Of a stretch of 64,000 nucleotides of DNA, positions 28,965-38,966 are shown piece after piece (the first letter of the stretch is position 1; each line of letters opens with the position of its first letter). A program made the translations under genes and the position numbers. The stretch lies in assembly GCA_038751055.1 (NCBI GenBank), contig JBCDGS010000007.1, forward strand, positions 5,612-69,611, read 5' to 3'. The notes beneath the pieces were generated by a model. The model did no database searches and was not told the DNA's origin. It saw only the letters and a program-made list of their open reading frames with translations. The stretch comes from Pseudomonadota bacterium. Lineage in GTDB: Bacteria > Pseudomonadota > Alphaproteobacteria > Rhodobacterales > Rhodobacteraceae.

Positions 28965-30389
28965 ATGGCACAAGAGCCGCCCCGCTACCCGCGCGACATG
29001 ATCGGATACGGAGCGACCCCGCCCGATCCGCGCTGGCCGGGCGGCGCACGCATCGCAGTGCAGTTCGTGGTCAACTACGAAGAGGGAGGCGAAAACAACG
29101 TCCTTCACGGTGATGCAGCCTCCGAGGCGTTCCTAAGCGAGATCGTCGGCGCCGCCGCATGGCCGGGCCAGCGCCACTGGAACATGGAGTCCATCTACGA
29201 ATACGGGGCACGGGCCGGCTTTTGGCGGCTCCACCGTCTCTTTACCCAGGCCCGCATCACGCCCACCGTCTACGGCGTGGCCACCGCCCTCGCGCGCAGC
29301 CCCGAACAGGTCAAGGCCATGTCCGCCTCCGGTTGGGAGATCGCAAGCCACGGCCTCAAATGGATCGAGTACAAGGACTTTTCCGAAGCCGATGAGCGCG
29401 CCCATATGGCCGACGCCATCGCGCTCCACCGCGCGGTTACGGGCGCGCGACCCCGGGGATGGTATACCGGCCGCTGCTCGACCCAGACCGAGCAGCTTGT
29501 GGCCGAAGATGGCGGCTTTGCCTATTCCGCCGACAGCTACGCCGACGATCTGCCCTACTGGGTGCGCTACGGTGAGCGTAACCACCTTGTCGTGCCGTAC
29601 ACGCTTGATGCCAATGACATGCGGTTTGCGACGCCTCAGGGCTTCAATGCCGGCGATCAGTTCGAGGCATATCTGCGCGACAGTTTCGACTGCCTCTATG
29701 CCGAAGGCATGGCCGGGGCGCCCAGGATGATGTCCATTGGCCTTCACTGCCGCCTCGTGGGACGTCCCGGGCGCCTCATGGCCCTGAAGCGCTTCATCGA
29801 CTACGCGCAGAGCCATGAAGCCGTGTGGTTCCCCACCCGCCTCGAGATCGCCGAACATTGGGCGAGGCAGCACCCGCCCGCCCATCGCATGCGACCAAGC
29901 GCCATGGACCGGGACAGCTTTGTCGCGGCCTTTGGGGGGATCTTCGAGCACTCCCCTTGGGTGGCAGAGGGAGCCCACGCGTTGGAGCTGGGCCCGGCCC
30001 ATGACAGCGCCGCAGGCCTGCTGAGCGCGCTCACGCGGGTCTTTCGGGCTGCCAGCGACGCCGAGCGCCTTGGCGTTCTGCGCGCGCATCCCGACCTCGC
30101 CGGCAAACTCGCCGCCGCGAAGCGCCTGACGGCCGACAGCACGTCCGAGCAGGCGAGCGCAGGCCTCGATGCCCTCACAGACGACGAGCGCGCGCGCTTT
30201 ACAGAGCTCAACGCAGCCTACAGCGCCAAGCACGGCTTCCCGTTCATCATCGCCGTCCGTGATCACAGCAAAGCGGGTATCCTGCGCGCCTTCGAACGTC
30301 GCATGGAGCAGGATACAGAAACTGAGTTCCCAGAGGCATGCCGCCAGGTCGAACGCATCGCAGAGCTCCGCCTGGAGGCCCTCCTATGA
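28965..30389 (+). CDS. puuE: Allantoinase PuuE fused to OHCU decarboxylase (UraD)
   Basis: N-terminal NYEEGGE, ESIYEYGARAGFWR, MSIGLHCR; C-terminal FEHSPW, RAHPDLAG, SEQASAGL, FPFIIAV. Confidence 0.92.
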   Translation: MAQEPPRYPRDMIGYGATPPDPRWPGGARIAVQFVVNYEEGGENNVLHGDAASEAFLSEIVGAAAWPGQRHWNMESIYEYGARAGFWRLHRLFTQARITPTVYGVATALARSPEQVKAMSASGWEIASHGLKWIEYKDFSEADERAHMADAIALHRAVTGARPRGWYTGRCSTQTEQLVAEDGGFAYSADSYADDLPYWVRYGERNHLVVPYTLDANDMRFATPQGFNAGDQFEAYLRDSFDCLYAEGMAGAPRMMSIGLHCRLVGRPGRLMALKRFIDYAQSHEAVWFPTRLEIAEHWARQHPPAHRMRPSAMDRDSFVAAFGGIFEHSPWVAEGAHALELGPAHDSAAGLLSALTRVFRAASDAERLGVLRAHPDLAGKLAAAKRLTADSTSEQASAGLDALTDDERARFTELNAAYSAKHGFPFIIAVRDHSKAGILRAFERRMEQDTETEFPEACRQVERIAELRLEALL

Positions 30390-31213
30390 GCCAGCACACC
30401 TACCACGCCCCGCGCGGCGGCCTGCCCAATCCGCGCACCCGCGCCCATGACCGGAGCGTGTTCACCAATGCCTATGCGGTGATCCCCCGGGGCGTCATGT
30501 CGGACATCGTGGCCTCGTTTCTGCCCGGCTGGGTCGGCGCCCGCGCCTGGATCCTGGCGCGCCCGCTTTCGGGCTTTGCAGAGACGTTTGCGCAGTATGT
30601 CGTGGAACTGATCCCCGGCGGCCTTTCGGACCGCCCTGAACCCGACCCCGGCGCAGAAGCCGTGATCTTCGTCCTGCGCGGCGATCTTGAGCTTCAACTC
30701 AACGAAGTGCCCCACAGGATGCCGCCGGGCGGCTACGCATACATAGCACCGGGCGAGGATTGGCGGCTGATGAACCGCCACGATGACAAGACGAACTTCG
30801 TGTGGGTGCGCAAACGCTACGTTCCGGTGCCCGGGGTGCCCGCGCCGGAAAGCTTCGTCACCCACGACGATGACGTGACGCCGACGCAAATGCACGGACA
30901 CGGCAAGACCTGGACGACCACGCGCTTCGTGGATCCAGGCGACATGGCCCACGACATGCACGTCAACATCGTCCACTTCGAGCCCGGCGGAAACATCCCC
31001 TTCGCCGAGACGCACGTCATGGAACACGGCCTCTACGTGCTTCAGGGCCGAGGGGTCTATTACCTCAACGAAGATTGGGTCGAGGTGGAGGAAGGCGATT
31101 TCCTGTGGCTGCGCGCGTTCTGCCCGCAGGCCTGCTACGCGGCCGGGGACGTGCCCTTCCGATACCTCCTCTACAAGGACGTCAACCGCCACCCCGAGCT
31201 GGTGCTGCCGTGA
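30386..31213 (+). CDS. allE: (S)-ureidoglycine aminohydrolase (bicupin), possibly bifunctional allantoicase
   Basis: ETHVMEHGLYVLQG, AFCPQACYA, YLLYKDVNRH. Confidence 0.85.
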   Translation: MSQHTYHAPRGGLPNPRTRAHDRSVFTNAYAVIPRGVMSDIVASFLPGWVGARAWILARPLSGFAETFAQYVVELIPGGLSDRPEPDPGAEAVIFVLRGDLELQLNEVPHRMPPGGYAYIAPGEDWRLMNRHDDKTNFVWVRKRYVPVPGVPAPESFVTHDDDVTPTQMHGHGKTWTTTRFVDPGDMAHDMHVNIVHFEPGGNIPFAETHVMEHGLYVLQGRGVYYLNEDWVEVEEGDFLWLRAFCPQACYAAGDVPFRYLLYKDVNRHPELVLP

Positions 31214-31719
31214 CAGAGATCGAGGCGCGGCCGCTCACCGCCGAGGCCTTTGCCCAGTTCGGCGACGTTCTCGACTGCTCCGGGTCCTACGACATGCTCA
31301 TCAACGATGGGCTCTGCGAACGCCACCATGACCGCGCCGCGCTGGATTTCGGGCCCGAGATCGGGGATGGCCGGGCCGGGGTCAGCCTGTTCAGGGCCCA
31401 GCCGCGCACTCTGCCTTACGAGCTCCGCCTCATTGAACGGCACCCCGAAGGCTCCCAATGCTTCATCCCGATGACGCAAAACCCGTTCCTCGTCATAGTG
31501 GCAGACAACCCCGGCACCCGGCCGCTCGCGTTCCTGACGACCCCGGGGCAAGCGATCAACTTTCACCGCGGCACCTGGCACGGCGTTTTGACACCGCTGA
31601 ACGCTCCCGGTGATCTCGTCGGGCTCTTTGCGGTGATCGACCGCATAGGACAAACGCCCAACCTCGAAGAACATGTGTTCGAAACGCCTTACCTCATCAC
31701 GCGAAACGGCTTACCCTAG
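31210..31719 (+). CDS. allA: Ureidoglycolate lyase
   Basis: PLTAEAFAQFGDV, ERHPEGSQCFIP, NFHRGTWHG; GTG at 31210. Confidence 0.88.
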   Translation: MTEIEARPLTAEAFAQFGDVLDCSGSYDMLINDGLCERHHDRAALDFGPEIGDGRAGVSLFRAQPRTLPYELRLIERHPEGSQCFIPMTQNPFLVIVADNPGTRPLAFLTTPGQAINFHRGTWHGVLTPLNAPGDLVGLFAVIDRIGQTPNLEEHVFETPYLITRNGLP

Positions 31720-31731
31720 CGGCAACTGCCC

Positions 31732-31764
31732 TTTCTTTCGTTCCAAAATACTCCCGCCGGAGGC
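31732..31764. repeat. Degenerate half-copy of the intergenic repeat family
   Basis: TTTCTTTCGTTCCAAAATACTCCCGCCGGAGGC resembles CTTCTTTGTGCCCCGTACTTCCGCCGGAGGC at about 33208-33238. Confidence 0.55.
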
Positions 31765-31797
31765 CTGCAGCCCCCGGCACCGCGCACGGAGACCCGC

Positions 31798-33150
31798 ATG
31801 AGAGACGACAGCTTTACCAAGGCAAACAACGCCCGCCAGCTCTGGCACCCGATGGCCCATCCCGGCGACATGCAGGCCAACGCGCCCACGATCATCGAAA
31901 GCGCTGAGGGCTCTTCGATCACAGATATCGACGGCCACACTGTCGTGGATGCGGTTGGCGGCCTCTGGTGCGCGAATCTCGGTTATTCGAACGACAAGGT
32001 GAAGGACGCCATTGCCGCGCAGCTGGGCAAGCTTCCCTATTACTCGGCCTTCGGGGGGACCACGAACGGCCCCGCCATCGAGGCGGCCCACGCGGTCACC
32101 GACTTCTTCAAAGAAGAGGGCATGGTAAGGGCCTTCTTCACCTCTGGCGGATCGGATTCCGTGGAAACGGCCCTGCGCCTTGCCCGACAGTACCACCGTC
32201 TGCGGGGCGAACCCACCCGCACCAAGTTTCTGAGCCTGAAGAAGGGCTATCATGGAACCCATTTCGGCGGCGCGAGTGTCAACGGCAACAACCGCTTCCG
32301 CACCGCCTATGAACCGCTGCTGGCAGGCTGCCATCACCTGCCGTCGCCTTATACCTACCGAAATCCGTTCCACGAAACGGACCCGGAAAAACTCGCCCAG
32401 AATATCGCGGCCGCCTTTGAAGACGAGGTCCAGTTCCAGGGCGCGAGCACCATCGCCGCGTTCATCATGGAGCCTATCCAGGGCGCGGGCGGTGTGATCG
32501 TGCCGCACGAGACCTTCATGCCCCTCATGCGCGATATCTGCGACCGCCACGGTATTCTCCTCATCGCGGACGAAGTCATCACCGGCTTTGGGCGCACCGG
32601 CTCCTGGTCGGGCTCGCGCCACTGGGGAGTCGAGCCAGACATGATGTGCACAGCAAAAGGTATCACCTCCGCCTATTTTCCGGTCGGCGCCTGCCTTCTG
32701 AGCGCGAAGGTCGCCGAACCCTTCGAGACCGATCAATCTGGCGAAGGTGGCGTCTATCACGGCTATACGTACTCCGCGCACCCTGTGGGCGCCGCCGCCG
32801 TCGTCGCCTGCCTCGAGGAGACGCTGCGCCTCGATGTCAAAACCAACGCCGCCGCGCGGGGGGCGCAGATCTTTGCGGGCGTCACGGCGCTGAAGGAAAA
32901 GTACGACAGCATCGGCGATGTCCGCGGCGGCCAGGGTCTCATGACAGCGCTTGAATTGGTGGCCGATCAGGACACCAAGGCGCCTATGGATCCCGGCGCG
33001 ATGAAGCGGCTGGCAAAAGCAACCTACGAGGCCGGCACGATGGTGCGCGTCTCGGGTCACAACGTGATGATGTCACCCGCGCTCATCATCACCGAGGACG
33101 AAGTCGACCATGTCCTCGCCAGTCTCGAAGCCGGTCTGAAGGCGATCTAG
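31798..33150 (+). CDS. Class III aminotransferase (omega-amino acid/polyamine type)
   Basis: GGLWCANLG, SGGSDSVE, IADEVITGFGRTG, DMMCTAKG, HGYTYSAHP. Confidence 0.88.
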   Translation: MRDDSFTKANNARQLWHPMAHPGDMQANAPTIIESAEGSSITDIDGHTVVDAVGGLWCANLGYSNDKVKDAIAAQLGKLPYYSAFGGTTNGPAIEAAHAVTDFFKEEGMVRAFFTSGGSDSVETALRLARQYHRLRGEPTRTKFLSLKKGYHGTHFGGASVNGNNRFRTAYEPLLAGCHHLPSPYTYRNPFHETDPEKLAQNIAAAFEDEVQFQGASTIAAFIMEPIQGAGGVIVPHETFMPLMRDICDRHGILLIADEVITGFGRTGSWSGSRHWGVEPDMMCTAKGITSAYFPVGACLLSAKVAEPFETDQSGEGGVYHGYTYSAHPVGAAAVVACLEETLRLDVKTNAAARGAQIFAGVTALKEKYDSIGDVRGGQGLMTALELVADQDTKAPMDPGAMKRLAKATYEAGTMVRVSGHNVMMSPALIITEDEVDHVLASLEAGLKAI

Positions 33151-33154
33151 GGAA

Positions 33155-33242
33155 GCGAGGGGCCAGCCCCTCGCGCTCCCCGAAGTACGGGGCACAAAGA
33201 AAAGCGTCTTCTTTGTGCCCCGTACTTCCGCCGGAGGCATCC
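33155..33242. repeat. Composite palindromic repeat, copy 2, between convergent genes
   Basis: Copy of the 14599 element followed by CGTCTTCTTTGTGCCCCGTACTTC (exact reverse complement of 14627-14650) and CGCCGGAGGC. Confidence 0.85.
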
Positions 33243-33268
33243 GAACTGACAGCGCGTGCGGGGGTCAA

Positions 33269-36200
33269 TCAGGGGTCGCCCCAACCGCCCCCGCCCGGTG
33301 TTTCCATCCCGTAGACCGCGCCTTCGGGAAGGTCGATTTCGTCGTTGCCGCGCTGCGGGACAACTTCCCCACCCGGCAGCTCTGCCCAGTTGCGACCCAG
33401 CGCACCGGGCGCACCACCCTGGCCCCCGAACGGGTGCACGATGCGATGACCGCAGAGGGTTGTGACCGTGACCGGGGCGAGGAAGCGAAGACGGCGCAAA
33501 CAGCCCTTGCCGCCCTGCCATCGACCCTCTCCCCCCGGTCCGGAGCGGATGCGCCATTCCTCGAGCCGCACCGGAAAGCGTTTTTCAAGGATCTCGGGAT
33601 CGGTGGCCAGCGTGTTCGTCATATGCGTCTGCACCGCATCGCACCCGTCAAAGCCGGGCCCGGCACCTGTCCCGCCACAGATGGTTTCGTAATTCTGGAA
33701 AGCGTCATTGCCCCAGACGAAATTGTTCATCGTGGCCTGTGACCCGGCGATGACGCCGAGCGCGCCGAAGAGCGCGTTGCAGGCGGCCTGGCTCACTTCG
33801 GTATTGCCCGCGATCACCGCCGCGCCCGGAGCCGGGTTGAGCATCGATCCCTCGGGTACCACGATCCGAATGGGTGCAAGGCATCCCTCATTCAGAGGGA
33901 TGTTCTTCCCGATGAGCGTGCGGAAACAGTAGAGCACCACCGCGCGCGTGACCGCCAGTGGCGCATTGTAGTTGCCAGCGTGCTGGGCAGACGTGCCGCT
34001 GAAGTCCACCACCGCCTCGCGGGCATCGCGATCCACGCGGAGCGCGACCTGGATCGTCTGGCCGATATCCATTGGGTACGTGAACGCCCCGTCCTTCAGC
34101 GTCGCAATCACCTCCCGCACGGTCGCCTCGGCGTTGCTCTGGACATGGGCCATGTACGCCTCGACCACGTCCGCGCCGTGCCGCTCGCAGAGCGCCAGCA
34201 GCTCCCGCCGTCCGGTCTCGTTCGCGGCGACCTGCGCTTTGAGATCGGCGATGTTCTGGTCGATGTTCCTGCAGGGATAGCGCCCGGATCCGAGCACCTC
34301 ACGCGCCGCCTCTTCGAGGAGCCTGCCACCGGCCACGAGGCGCATGTTGTCGATGACCACGCCCTCTGCTTCGATGGTCGTGCTGTCAGGCGGCGCGGAG
34401 CCGGGCGTGCGTCCCCCGATATCGGCATGGTGCCCGCGCGAGCCCAGCCAGAAGGCGGGTTTCCCCGCAAGGAATACGGGCGTGACGACGGTGACATCAG
34501 GCAGATGCGTCCCGCCGTTATGGGGCGCATTGAGCATGAAGGCATCGCCGTCCGCCACTTCGGGCCAGGCCTCCATGACCGTCTTGATCGCCGCGGACAT
34601 GGAGCCGAGATGCACCGGCACGTGGGGCGCATTGGCCACCAGATCGCCCGCGCGGTCGAAGATCGCACAGGAGAAATCCAGCCTTTCCTTGATGTTGACC
34701 GACCACGAGGTGTTCGCGAGCGTCGCCCCCATTTGGTCCGCCACGGACATGAACAGGTTCGACATCACCTCGAGCATCACGGGATCCGCCTCTGCGCTCG
34801 CCTCCGGGAGGGCACCGGCTGCCCCGCGCTCGAGGATGAGGTTTCCGAGGTCGTCAAGGAACGCGACCCAGCCCGGCTCAACCATGTTGGTGCCCGTGGC
34901 CTCCTTGATGATGGCGGGCCCCTTGATGCGCGCGCGCGCGTTCAACGCGTCCCGATCAAAGAGCGGCACGCGGCCCGGCGCCCCGAGATAGACATCGACG
35001 TTCGTCAGTGGCTCGCCGTGACCATCGGGCAGCACGGCTTCGGGCTGCTGGCCGGTGGCACCGATGGCCTCGACGGCGACCATCTCAATCTCGATCTCCC
35101 GCTCGGGAGAGGTAAATCCGAAGCGCGCCTGATGCGCGGCCTCGAAACTGGCTTGCATGGCATCGCCATCGCCGAAGGGGACCTCTAGCGATTGGTGCGC
35201 GCCGACATAGCGCAGATGGGCCCGCATTTCATGGCGGATGTCTGCAGCATTCTGCCGCGCGACGTCGCCTTCCGCATCTGCGCGCAGGCCGTCCGCGACC
35301 GCCCCGGCCTCGCCCGCGCGGGTGAGCGGCAGGTCGACCTGCGCTTCACGGATCGCCCGGATATCGGCCAGCCCCATGCCAAAGGCCGACAACACACCCG
35401 CGAACGGATGGACCATGACGCGCCGCATTCCCAGCGCTTCGGCGACAAGGCAGGCATGCTGCCCACCGGCGCCTCCAAAGCACTGCAGGGTGTAGCCCGA
35501 GACATCGTGCCCACGTTCAACGCTGATCTTCTTGATCGCGTTGGCCATATTGTCGACGGCAATGCGCAGGAACCCTTCCGCGGCCTCCTCCGCGGTCATC
35601 TCGAGGCCGTCGAGCAGCTCGTCGAAGCGCTTTTGGACGGCGGCCCTGTCCAAGGGTTCGTCCCCGCCCGGGCCAAAGACGGCCGGGAAATGCTCGGGCT
35701 GCAGCTTTCCCAGGAGGACGTTGCAATCGGTCACTGTGAGGGGCCCGCCACGTCGGTAGGCCGCCGGGCCCGGGTTGGCACCGGCGCTTTCCGGGCCGAC
35801 CTGAAATCGCCCATCCGCGAAGCTGCAGATGGAGCCGCCCCCCGCCGCCACCGTGTGGATGTCCATCATCGGCGCGCGCATGCGCACGCCCGCGACCTCG
35901 GTCTCGAAGGTGCGTTCATAAGTGCCGGCATAGTGGCTCACATCGGTGGAGGTGCCTCCCATGTCAAAACCGATGAGACGCTCGAAGCCCGCCGCCAGAC
36001 CTGTTTCGACCATACCCACGATCCCGCCCGCAGGGCCGCTCAGGATCGCGTCCTTGCCCTGAAACTCCGCGGCATCCGCCAGACCTCCGTTCGATTGCAT
36101 GAAAAGGAGAGCCTTTGTCGCGCGCCCGACATCCAGCGCGCCTGCCACCTGATCGACATACCGCCGGAGCTTTGGGGACAGATAGGCATCGAGGACGGTC

Positions 36201-36811
36201 GTATCCCCCCGCCCGACGAGCTTGGCGAGCCGCGAGACCTTGTGGCTCACGCTGATCTGGGTAAAGCCGATCTCGCGCGCGACGGCTGCGACGCGGGCTT
36301 CGTGATCGGGGTTCACATGCGCATGCATGAACGCGACGGCGACCGCGCGCAGACCACCATCGTAGGCACGTTGCAAGGCGTCCCGCGCACCCATGAGGTC
36401 GAGGGGCGTGACCTCTGCGCCCTCCGCGTCAAGGCGCCCGGTGATCTCCACGACATCGCGATAGAGCGGAGCGGGCTTCTTGATGTGAAGATCAAAGAGA
36501 CCTGGGCGCGTTTGGTAGCCGAGGCGAAGAAGATCCCCTAACCCCTCGGTAATCAACAAAAGAACGTCGTCACCCTTGCGTTCAAGCAAGGCGTTTGTCG
36601 CCACCGTGGTCCCCATCTTGACCGCCGAAATCGATGCCTCCGGCAGCGTTTGGCTGCCAAGCACGTCGTAGATCCCCTGCACGGCGGCGTCGGCATACCT
36701 TTCCGGGTTCTCGGACAAAAGCTTGTGCGTCGACAGCTTCCCCTCGGGCGATCGCGCCACGATGTCGGTGAACGTGCCGCCCCGGTCGATCCAGAATTCC
36801 CATGCGTTCAT
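33269..36811 (-). CDS. Fused hydantoinase A/B, ATP-dependent 5-oxoprolinase-like
   Basis: FWIDRGGTFTD, DMGGTSTDV, HTVAAGGGS, SVNIKERLDFSC, HVPVHLGSM, ETPGGGGWG; start MNAWEF at 36811. Confidence 0.9.
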   Translation of the reverse strand: MNAWEFWIDRGGTFTDIVARSPEGKLSTHKLLSENPERYADAAVQGIYDVLGSQTLPEASISAVKMGTTVATNALLERKGDDVLLLITEGLGDLLRLGYQTRPGLFDLHIKKPAPLYRDVVEITGRLDAEGAEVTPLDLMGARDALQRAYDGGLRAVAVAFMHAHVNPDHEARVAAVAREIGFTQISVSHKVSRLAKLVGRGDTTVLDAYLSPKLRRYVDQVAGALDVGRATKALLFMQSNGGLADAAEFQGKDAILSGPAGGIVGMVETGLAAGFERLIGFDMGGTSTDVSHYAGTYERTFETEVAGVRMRAPMMDIHTVAAGGGSICSFADGRFQVGPESAGANPGPAAYRRGGPLTVTDCNVLLGKLQPEHFPAVFGPGGDEPLDRAAVQKRFDELLDGLEMTAEEAAEGFLRIAVDNMANAIKKISVERGHDVSGYTLQCFGGAGGQHACLVAEALGMRRVMVHPFAGVLSAFGMGLADIRAIREAQVDLPLTRAGEAGAVADGLRADAEGDVARQNAADIRHEMRAHLRYVGAHQSLEVPFGDGDAMQASFEAAHQARFGFTSPEREIEIEMVAVEAIGATGQQPEAVLPDGHGEPLTNVDVYLGAPGRVPLFDRDALNARARIKGPAIIKEATGTNMVEPGWVAFLDDLGNLILERGAAGALPEASAEADPVMLEVMSNLFMSVADQMGATLANTSWSVNIKERLDFSCAIFDRAGDLVANAPHVPVHLGSMSAAIKTVMEAWPEVADGDAFMLNAPHNGGTHLPDVTVVTPVFLAGKPAFWLGSRGHHADIGGRTPGSAPPDSTTIEAEGVVIDNMRLVAGGRLLEEAAREVLGSGRYPCRNIDQNIADLKAQVAANETGRRELLALCERHGADVVEAYMAHVQSNAEATVREVIATLKDGAFTYPMDIGQTIQVALRVDRDAREAVVDFSGTSAQHAGNYNAPLAVTRAVVLYCFRTLIGKNIPLNEGCLAPIRIVVPEGSMLNPAPGAAVIAGNTEVSQAACNALFGALGVIAGSQATMNNFVWGNDAFQNYETICGGTGAGPGFDGCDAVQTHMTNTLATDPEILEKRFPVRLEEWRIRSGPGGEGRWQGGKGCLRRLRFLAPVTVTTLCGHRIVHPFGGQGGAPGALGRNWAELPGGEVVPQRGNDEIDLPEGAVYGMETPGGGGWGDP

Positions 36812-36876
36812 GACGATCTCCTTGGCGCTGGAAAAGCGCGGCGCTAGGTCTTTGTCAATCAAGGGAGGGCGCGAGG

Positions 36877-37644
36877 ATGGCCGTCGACATTCATCTTTAC
36901 ACGTATCTGGAGGACAATTACGGCGTCCTTCTCCGCGACGCGGCCAGTGGGCGCGTGGCGTCCGTCGATGCAGGTGACGCACCGGCACTTCTCGGGGCGC
37001 TAGATACGACGGGGTGGAGCCTCGATGAGCTCTGGATCACGCATTGGCACTGGGATCACACCGACGGGCTGGACGAGGTACGCGGCGCCACGGGATGCAC
37101 CGTCACCGGCCCCGCCTACGAGGGCGGAAAGGCCTTCGCCTTCGACAGGCGCGTCGCAGGAGGAGATGCCTTCACCTTGGGAGAAACGCAGGTAGATGTG
37201 TGGCACACACCGGGCCATACCCTTGATATGGTGAACTTTTATCTCTCCTCAGAGGGTGTGATCTTTACCGGGGATACGCTCTTTGCCATGGGTTGCGGGC
37301 GGGTATTCGAGGGGACCCATGACCAGATGCATGCGAGCATGGAGATGCTGCGGGCCTTGCCGCCGGAGACGGTCGTCTATGGCGGGCACGAGTATACGCT
37401 GGCCAATGCGCGTTTCGCGCTCAGTGTGGATCCCGAGAATGCAGCGCTTGTGGCGCGCGCTGCGATGGTTGGAAGGCTGCGGGACGAGGGCGCGCCGACG
37501 ATGCCCACGACCATGGCCGACGAGTTCGCCACCAATCCGTTTTTGCGCTACGGAGACCCGGGCATTCGTGCGCATCTCGGGATGACGAGCGCGAGCGACG
37601 CTGAAGTCTTCTCGCAAATTCGGACACTTAAGGACACTTTCTAA
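36877..37644 (+). CDS. gloB: Hydroxyacylglutathione hydrolase (glyoxalase II)
   Basis: THWHWDHTDG, TPGHT, FTGDTLFAMGCGR, HEYTLAN, TNPFLR. Confidence 0.9.
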   Translation: MAVDIHLYTYLEDNYGVLLRDAASGRVASVDAGDAPALLGALDTTGWSLDELWITHWHWDHTDGLDEVRGATGCTVTGPAYEGGKAFAFDRRVAGGDAFTLGETQVDVWHTPGHTLDMVNFYLSSEGVIFTGDTLFAMGCGRVFEGTHDQMHASMEMLRALPPETVVYGGHEYTLANARFALSVDPENAALVARAAMVGRLRDEGAPTMPTTMADEFATNPFLRYGDPGIRAHLGMTSASDAEVFSQIRTLKDTF

Positions 37645-38912
37645 AGCGCCTCTGCGGCGGCGATGACGGCCCGTCTGGTGAGGTCGAGATCGTCGTCGGT
37701 GAGTGCCAGATGGGGGTAGACCTTGCCGGGACTTTTGAAGACGCCGTTCTCACGCAGGACCCGGTTCCAGGTGGTGGCGTGGTCGGCGTTCCCGGCGATG
37801 CTGTCGCGGTAGGTGAGGACGTCCCGGTCCGTGAACACCACGTCAAAGAGCGTCGTATCGCCGACGATCTGGTGCGGGATCCCACGGCTGGTCAGGGCCT
37901 CCGTCATCATGGCCTGAAGCGTCCCGCCAAGGGCTTTGAGACGATCATACTGGCCCTCGCGCCGCAGGATCTCCATCGTTTTCATGCCTGCGACGGACGC
38001 CACCGGATTGCCGGAAAGCGTCCCCAGCTGCATGAGCCAACCCTCTGATCCCACTTCGTTTTTGTCGAAATGCGCCATGATATTTGCGCGGCCCGTTATG
38101 GCCGCGAGAGGGAAGCCGCCCCCGATGATCTTGCCGAATGTCGCGAGGTCGGGGACGACCCCGTAACGCTCCTGCGCACCGCCGTAGTCGAGGCGGAAAC
38201 CGGTGACGATTTCGTCGAAGATCAAGAGGACATCGTGGCGGGTGCAGACCTCCCTCAGGGCCTCCGGAAAGCCGGGTTGGGCGGGAACGATGCGTTGCAG
38301 GGGCTCGGCGATCACGGCTGCGACGTCGCCCGCATGTTCCCTCAGGAGCCCGTCCAGAGCGTCGATATCATTGAAGGGAGCGACAAGAACTTCGGACGCT
38401 ACAGCGTTGGAAATGCCGGCAGAATCCGGGATCGGATGCGGAAAGTTCGCGGGCCGCGAGGGGGCGAGCGACATCTGTGCTTCCGCGCTCATGCCGTGGT
38501 AGCCGCCTTCGAATTTCACGAGTTTGGGCCTGCCGGTGAAGGCCCGTGCGGCGCGGATGGCGTACATGTCAGCCTCACCACCGCTGGCCACAAAGCGCAC
38601 TGACTGCGCGCAGGGGACCGCCGCGATGATGTCTTCGGCGAGCTCTATCCCACTGGGGTTATTGGCAAAAAACGTCATCCCGCGCGGGAGCTGCCGGTAG
38701 ACGGCCTCCAGAACTTCGGGGTGGCCGTGCCCCAGAAGCATGGGGCCGGAGCCGATGAGGTAGTCGACATATTCGACCCCGTCGGCATCCCAGACGCGGC
38801 TTCCTTCGCCCCGGGCGATCACCACGGAGGGATCGAAATTTCCGAAACCACCGGCGGGCAGGACGGCTGCGGCCCGGGCCCGCCATTCGGCCTGAGAGGT
38901 CAGCCGATCCAT
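37641..38912 (-). CDS. Class III aminotransferase, glutamate-1-semialdehyde aminomutase-like
   Basis: KFEGGYHG, FDEIVTGFR, PDLATFGKIIGGGFP, GTLSGNP. Confidence 0.82.
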   Translation of the reverse strand: MDRLTSQAEWRARAAAVLPAGGFGNFDPSVVIARGEGSRVWDADGVEYVDYLIGSGPMLLGHGHPEVLEAVYRQLPRGMTFFANNPSGIELAEDIIAAVPCAQSVRFVASGGEADMYAIRAARAFTGRPKLVKFEGGYHGMSAEAQMSLAPSRPANFPHPIPDSAGISNAVASEVLVAPFNDIDALDGLLREHAGDVAAVIAEPLQRIVPAQPGFPEALREVCTRHDVLLIFDEIVTGFRLDYGGAQERYGVVPDLATFGKIIGGGFPLAAITGRANIMAHFDKNEVGSEGWLMQLGTLSGNPVASVAGMKTMEILRREGQYDRLKALGGTLQAMMTEALTSRGIPHQIVGDTTLFDVVFTDRDVLTYRDSIAGNADHATTWNRVLRENGVFKSPGKVYPHLALTDDDLDLTRRAVIAAAEAL

Positions 38913-38966
38913 GGTTTTGGGGGGTTTTGTACAGTTTGAAAGGGGGCCGTCGACAATTTGTACATT

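Noticed and set aside
14599-33242. Repeats considered as a CRISPR array
   Set aside because: The copies are dispersed, have no regular spacers, and there are no cas genes.
37772-37782. 11-bp match TGGTGGCGTGG to the tRNA-Met 3' end, suggesting an att repeat bounding a 20-kb island
   Set aside because: It is short, lies inside an intact aminotransferase CDS, and no integrase is present. A chance match is likely.
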